12,454 bases of DNA, taken from contig CAYYQL010000054.1 in assembly GCA_964473825.1 (NCBI GenBank), positions 1 to 12,454 of the forward strand, read 5' to 3'. A program made the position numbers and the translations under genes. Origin of the DNA: an uncultured archaeon (GTDB lineage Archaea > Asgardarchaeota > Thorarchaeia > Thorarchaeales > Thorarchaeaceae). This document shows, in pieces, positions 9,555 to 12,454 of this stretch. The notes under the pieces are model-generated. The model saw nothing but the letters and a program-made list of their open reading frames with translations. It was not told where the DNA came from and did no database searches. Within the stretch, counting starts at the first letter, position 1; every line of letters begins with the position of its first letter.

Positions 9555-10553
9555 ATGAAGGTTCTTGTGACAGGAGGAACTGGATTCATTGGCAGGCGAT
9601 TGGTGCACCGGCTTGTTGAAGAAGGCCATGATGTACGTGCATTCGTGAGAAAAACCAGCAACACTCATGGTCTGCCAGACGGTATCGAGTTTGTGGAGGG
9701 TGATTTATTGGACCTGCCTTCACTTGAAGAGGCAGTAACCGGCGTTCAGGCCGTCATGCATCTTGCCGCATACTTCGATTTCTATCCCTCTGATGTTGAA
9801 CTGATGTACAAAGTCAATGTTGATGGAACGAAAAATCTCATGAATGCTTGCGTCGGCACCAGCGTTGAACGTTTCATCTATTGCTCGACAACTGAAACAA
9901 TTGGGCCGGTGAGGTATCCTCCCGCAAATGAGGATACTGAGTTGAGACCTCAGTTTGAATATGGGGAGTCTAAAATCCTGGCTGAGAAGGCGGTGCGCCA
10001 GATTGCAGAGGACACAGGGCTTCAGTATATCATCCTTCGACCTACCGGAGTTATGGGTGAGGGAGACCTGTACACTGCCTTCGAAACCATCAGAGCCATC
10101 AACGACGGGGCAATTTCTGTTCTACCAGGTGATGGCGAGAAGCACATAATGTACACCCACGTGGATGATGTTGTTGAGGGGTTTGTCAAAGCCCTCACCA
10201 GCCAGAGCGCACTTGATAATACTATCATTCTCGCGCCGGATGAACCTATGAAATACAATGAGTTGATCGAGTTCCTTGGCAATTGCCTGGGTGTGGATCC
10301 CCCCAAGCGTCACGTTCCAACAACTCTTGCAAAGATTGGGATAGGACTGCTGAGTCCGATGAAGAACCGCGGGAAGACAACATTCCTCTGGCATGCAAAG
10401 ACTGTCGAGAGCATGGATCAAGAGCGCTGGTATTCCAATGAGAAAGCTAGAAGACTGCTTGGCTGGAATCCAGAGTACACCATGCAAGAGGGGATAGAGA
10501 GAGCCATCAAATGGTATTATGAAAGTGGCTACCTAGAGAAAGCGACAGAATGA
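9555..10553 (+). CDS. NAD-dependent epimerase/dehydratase (extended SDR; dihydroflavonol-reductase/3-beta-HSD-like)
   Basis: VTGGTGFIG Rossmann motif, GDLLD, HLAA, VNVDGT, CST, catalytic YGESK, LRPT and HVDDV. GAGGT SD upstream. Confidence 0.9.
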   Translation: MKVLVTGGTGFIGRRLVHRLVEEGHDVRAFVRKTSNTHGLPDGIEFVEGDLLDLPSLEEAVTGVQAVMHLAAYFDFYPSDVELMYKVNVDGTKNLMNACVGTSVERFIYCSTTETIGPVRYPPANEDTELRPQFEYGESKILAEKAVRQIAEDTGLQYIILRPTGVMGEGDLYTAFETIRAINDGAISVLPGDGEKHIMYTHVDDVVEGFVKALTSQSALDNTIILAPDEPMKYNELIEFLGNCLGVDPPKRHVPTTLAKIGIGLLSPMKNRGKTTFLWHAKTVESMDQERWYSNEKARRLLGWNPEYTMQEGIERAIKWYYESGYLEKATE

Positions 10554-10666
10554 AGATGGGTGCGCTCATCGGATTCCTCCTTATGGCGTTCTCTATCATT
10601 CTGGGTTTTGCATGCTTTGTGTTCTTTCACAAGACGGCCGATGCCATGGACGTCACCGTATGGTGA
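10550..10666 (+). CDS. Small hydrophobic membrane peptide (38 aa), or 5' half of a TGA-interrupted 65-codon two-helix ORF ending at 10747
   Basis: The ATG overlaps the epimerase stop (ATGA). Translation is MKMGALIGFLLMAFSIILGFACFVFFHKTADAMDVTVW*. The frame continues FTVVSAGVSFMIILSESSLNRLMCRS* after TGA 10664-10666. Confidence 0.45.
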   Translation: MKMGALIGFLLMAFSIILGFACFVFFHKTADAMDVTVW

Positions 10667-10760
10667 TTCACTGTTGTCTCTGCAGGGGTTTCGTTCATGA
10701 TAATCCTGAGTGAATCCTCTTTGAACAGGCTTATGTGCCGCTCATGATTCTTCTCATGAT

Positions 10761-11408
10761 ATGAGCACAGAAACTTTGGTCTACTGGATTAACAACACCC
10801 TCTACGTCAACGCCTCATCCAGATGCAGCAATAGCTGTGTGTTCTGCGTGCGAAACTTCAATGATGGCGTCTATGGATTTGACCTTCGGATGAGCAGAGA
10901 TCCAACACCGGACGAGCTCGTGCAGACAGTAATGAGTAGGGCTGCAGATGGGTTCAAAGAAGTCGCGATTGTCGGATTCGGAGAACCACTCCTTAATCTT
11001 GAGAGCGTGCTCCAAGTCCTGAAGGCTGTTACAGAGCAGCTCGGTCTTCCCACGAGGATGAACTCGAATGGCCAAGCTCTGCTGCTATATCCGGCTAGAG
11101 ATGTCCCCCTAGAGTTGGCGGAGGCCGGACTCGATGAGATACAGGTCTCACTCAATGCTCCAGACCCGGGGACCTACATGAAACTCTGCCGTCCTGAGTT
11201 CGGTGTCAAGACATTTGATTCAGTCGTAGGATTTGTCAAGCGGTGCTCGGTGCTCATGGAGACAAAGATTTCCGTTGTGGAACTGCCTGGACTCGATATC
11301 GAAGCATGCCGTCAGCTTGCAGACCGTCTGGGTGTTGGATTTAGAGTTCGTCAGTTCAAAGGCCCTAGACAGACTTTGGCTGATATCCGGCAGCTTCTGA
11401 GCTCCTGA
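10761..11408 (+). CDS. Radical SAM protein, TatD-family-nuclease-associated type
   Basis: 215 aa with LYVN..RCSNSCVFCVR (CxxxCxxC), EVAIVGFGEPLL, TRMNSNG, VSLNAPD..Y..LCRP and GVGFRVR. No SD; a TTATG element 30 nt upstream suggests a leaderless mRNA. Confidence 0.85.
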   Translation: MSTETLVYWINNTLYVNASSRCSNSCVFCVRNFNDGVYGFDLRMSRDPTPDELVQTVMSRAADGFKEVAIVGFGEPLLNLESVLQVLKAVTEQLGLPTRMNSNGQALLLYPARDVPLELAEAGLDEIQVSLNAPDPGTYMKLCRPEFGVKTFDSVVGFVKRCSVLMETKISVVELPGLDIEACRQLADRLGVGFRVRQFKGPRQTLADIRQLLSS

Positions 11409-11424
11409 TATACAGTGCCCTTCC

Positions 11425-11718
11425 GATACGCACGAGCTGTGGAGGACTCATGCATTTACTTCTTGGAGAGGACTTCGGGAGTCTGTCAAGGAGGCGCTGT
11501 CAGAGGGGCTAGGTCCTAAAGAATACCTCGAACATGGCTTCCTCCCTGAATTCTACGAAGACGCAAGCGGTCATAGAACGGTTTCTGCAGTAAGAAGAGC
11601 CTTCGAGCTCTATCGCGATCATCAATCATCGGGTTTCTTCATCGAATTTCCTAGGGCGTTTCTTGGTAGAGGTGGTTCTGTGAAAGGAGACGCAATGCCT
11701 TGTGGCTCGAGTCTATGA
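11425..11718 (+). pseudogene. Start-less gene remnant (C-terminal fragment of a lost protein, tentatively an MBL-fold hydrolase)
   Basis: Frame +1 is open from 11401 to 11718 with no ATG/GTG/TTG until 11680. It encodes a protein-like helical stretch, GLRESVKEALSEGLGPKEYLEHGFLPEFYEDASGHRTVSAVRRAFELY. YFLE in a neighbouring frame just before it suggests a frameshift at about 11469. Confidence 0.45.
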
Positions 11719-11792
11719 GTGATATTACTCGAATCGGGGAAAAACTATCTGGAATCGCCTTCTTGAGTTGTTGCATAATGTCACCAATGCGC

Positions 11793-11800
11793 TTTTTAAT
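11793..11800 (+). promoter_or_regulatory. Putative TATA box (TTTTTAAT) for the terminal secreted-protein gene
   Basis: Ends about 33 nt upstream of ATG 11833, with GAGGCAGGAG immediately before the start. Confidence 0.45.
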
Positions 11801-11832
11801 GGAAATGGCTGTTGAAATATGAGGCAGGAGAT

Positions 11833-12454
11833 ATGCTAAACAAAAAGCACGCAATTTACTTGTCACTCATCATGCTGATGAGCCTGAGTCTGTTCCCACC
11901 GCCATACTTCTCTTCCGTTGATTCTGCTTTTGGAAGTAGCTCGGTAGGGCAGCTAACACCGGCTGAGATCATGCCGCGCAATATCCGAGTAGCAGTGTAC
12001 GATGAGCCCAACACAACAACTCCCGAGTGGGGCTGGAGTGGATTCTACACAAATGATTCTAGCGACATAGCAGAGGTTCTGAGCGATGCCGGCTATGAGG
12101 TAGAACTCGTTACATTCGACGACCTGCTCGACCACAGGCTATTGGTGTCCGAGTTTGATGTCTTCGTATTACCCAATAATCTGCCACGAGAGAACGTCAC
12201 AATGCTAGCTAAGTCATTCTGGCTGTCTGGTGGAGGACTATTGACGATTGACAGCTCGGCTCAGTTTCTGGGCTATGCAGGAATCATCCCCTATGAGTCT
12301 GAGGGCGACGATGGATATGGAACATACTGGTCCTATACCACTTCTGCGATACAGAATGTGAACACCCTCCATCCCGTCACCAAGAGCTTCTCTGTTGGAG
12401 ATGAAATCAACATTACTAGTCTCGACTGGGCGACATTCGACTGGTCCAGCATCA
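11833..12454 (+). CDS. Secreted/cell-surface protein, 5' partial (runs off the window), with an N-terminal class I glutamine-amidotransferase-like/flavodoxin-like alpha/beta domain
   Basis: 207 uninterrupted codons to the window edge, absent from the ORF track because there is no stop. Signal peptide MLNKKHAIYLSLIMLMSLSLF, followed by IRVAVYDE, LSDAGYEVELV, FDVFVLPNNLP, FWLSGGGLLTID and HPVTK. Sequons NTT, NDS, NVT and NIT. Confidence 0.85.
   Translation, partial: MLNKKHAIYLSLIMLMSLSLFPPPYFSSVDSAFGSSSVGQLTPAEIMPRNIRVAVYDEPNTTTPEWGWSGFYTNDSSDIAEVLSDAGYEVELVTFDDLLDHRLLVSEFDVFVLPNNLPRENVTMLAKSFWLSGGGLLTIDSSAQFLGYAGIIPYESEGDDGYGTYWSYTTSAIQNVNTLHPVTKSFSVGDEINITSLDWATFDWSSI

Noticed and set aside
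11651-12135. Minus-strand ORFs 11651-11866 and 11953-12135
   Set aside because: They are antisense to the promoter and coding region of the well-supported plus-strand secreted protein.

Overview
A gene-dense chromosomal window of about 50% GC (by eye), most likely from an archaeon. The evidence is TATA-like promoters, GGTG/GGAG ribosome-binding sites, an archaeal COG2522-type regulator and sequon-rich surface proteins. The protein families resemble Asgard/Thorarchaeota ones, but that assignment is inference. Gene order: membrane-anchored protein with tandem molybdopterin-oxidoreductase-like domains (-), RidA (-), bacterial-type NAD+-dependent DNA ligase (+), NAT16-like GNAT (+), secernin/C69 Ntn-hydrolase (-), DUF6544-like membrane protein (-), crotonase-fold enzyme (-), HTH/Cys-rich regulator (-), class III sirtuin (+), extended SDR/epimerase (+), an unlisted small membrane ORF with an in-frame TGA (+), TatD-associated-type radical SAM protein (+), a start-less gene remnant (+) and the 5' part of a large secreted protein missing from the ORF track (+). 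I found no rRNA, tRNA, CRISPR array or mobile element, and no single coherent novel multi-gene system can be demonstrated. The best leads are the NAD+ ligase in an archaeal context, the Cys-less tandem Moco-fold surface protein with a perfect 16-bp palindrome at its promoter, the TGA-interrupted micro-membrane ORF, and the divergent regulator/crotonase-sirtuin unit.
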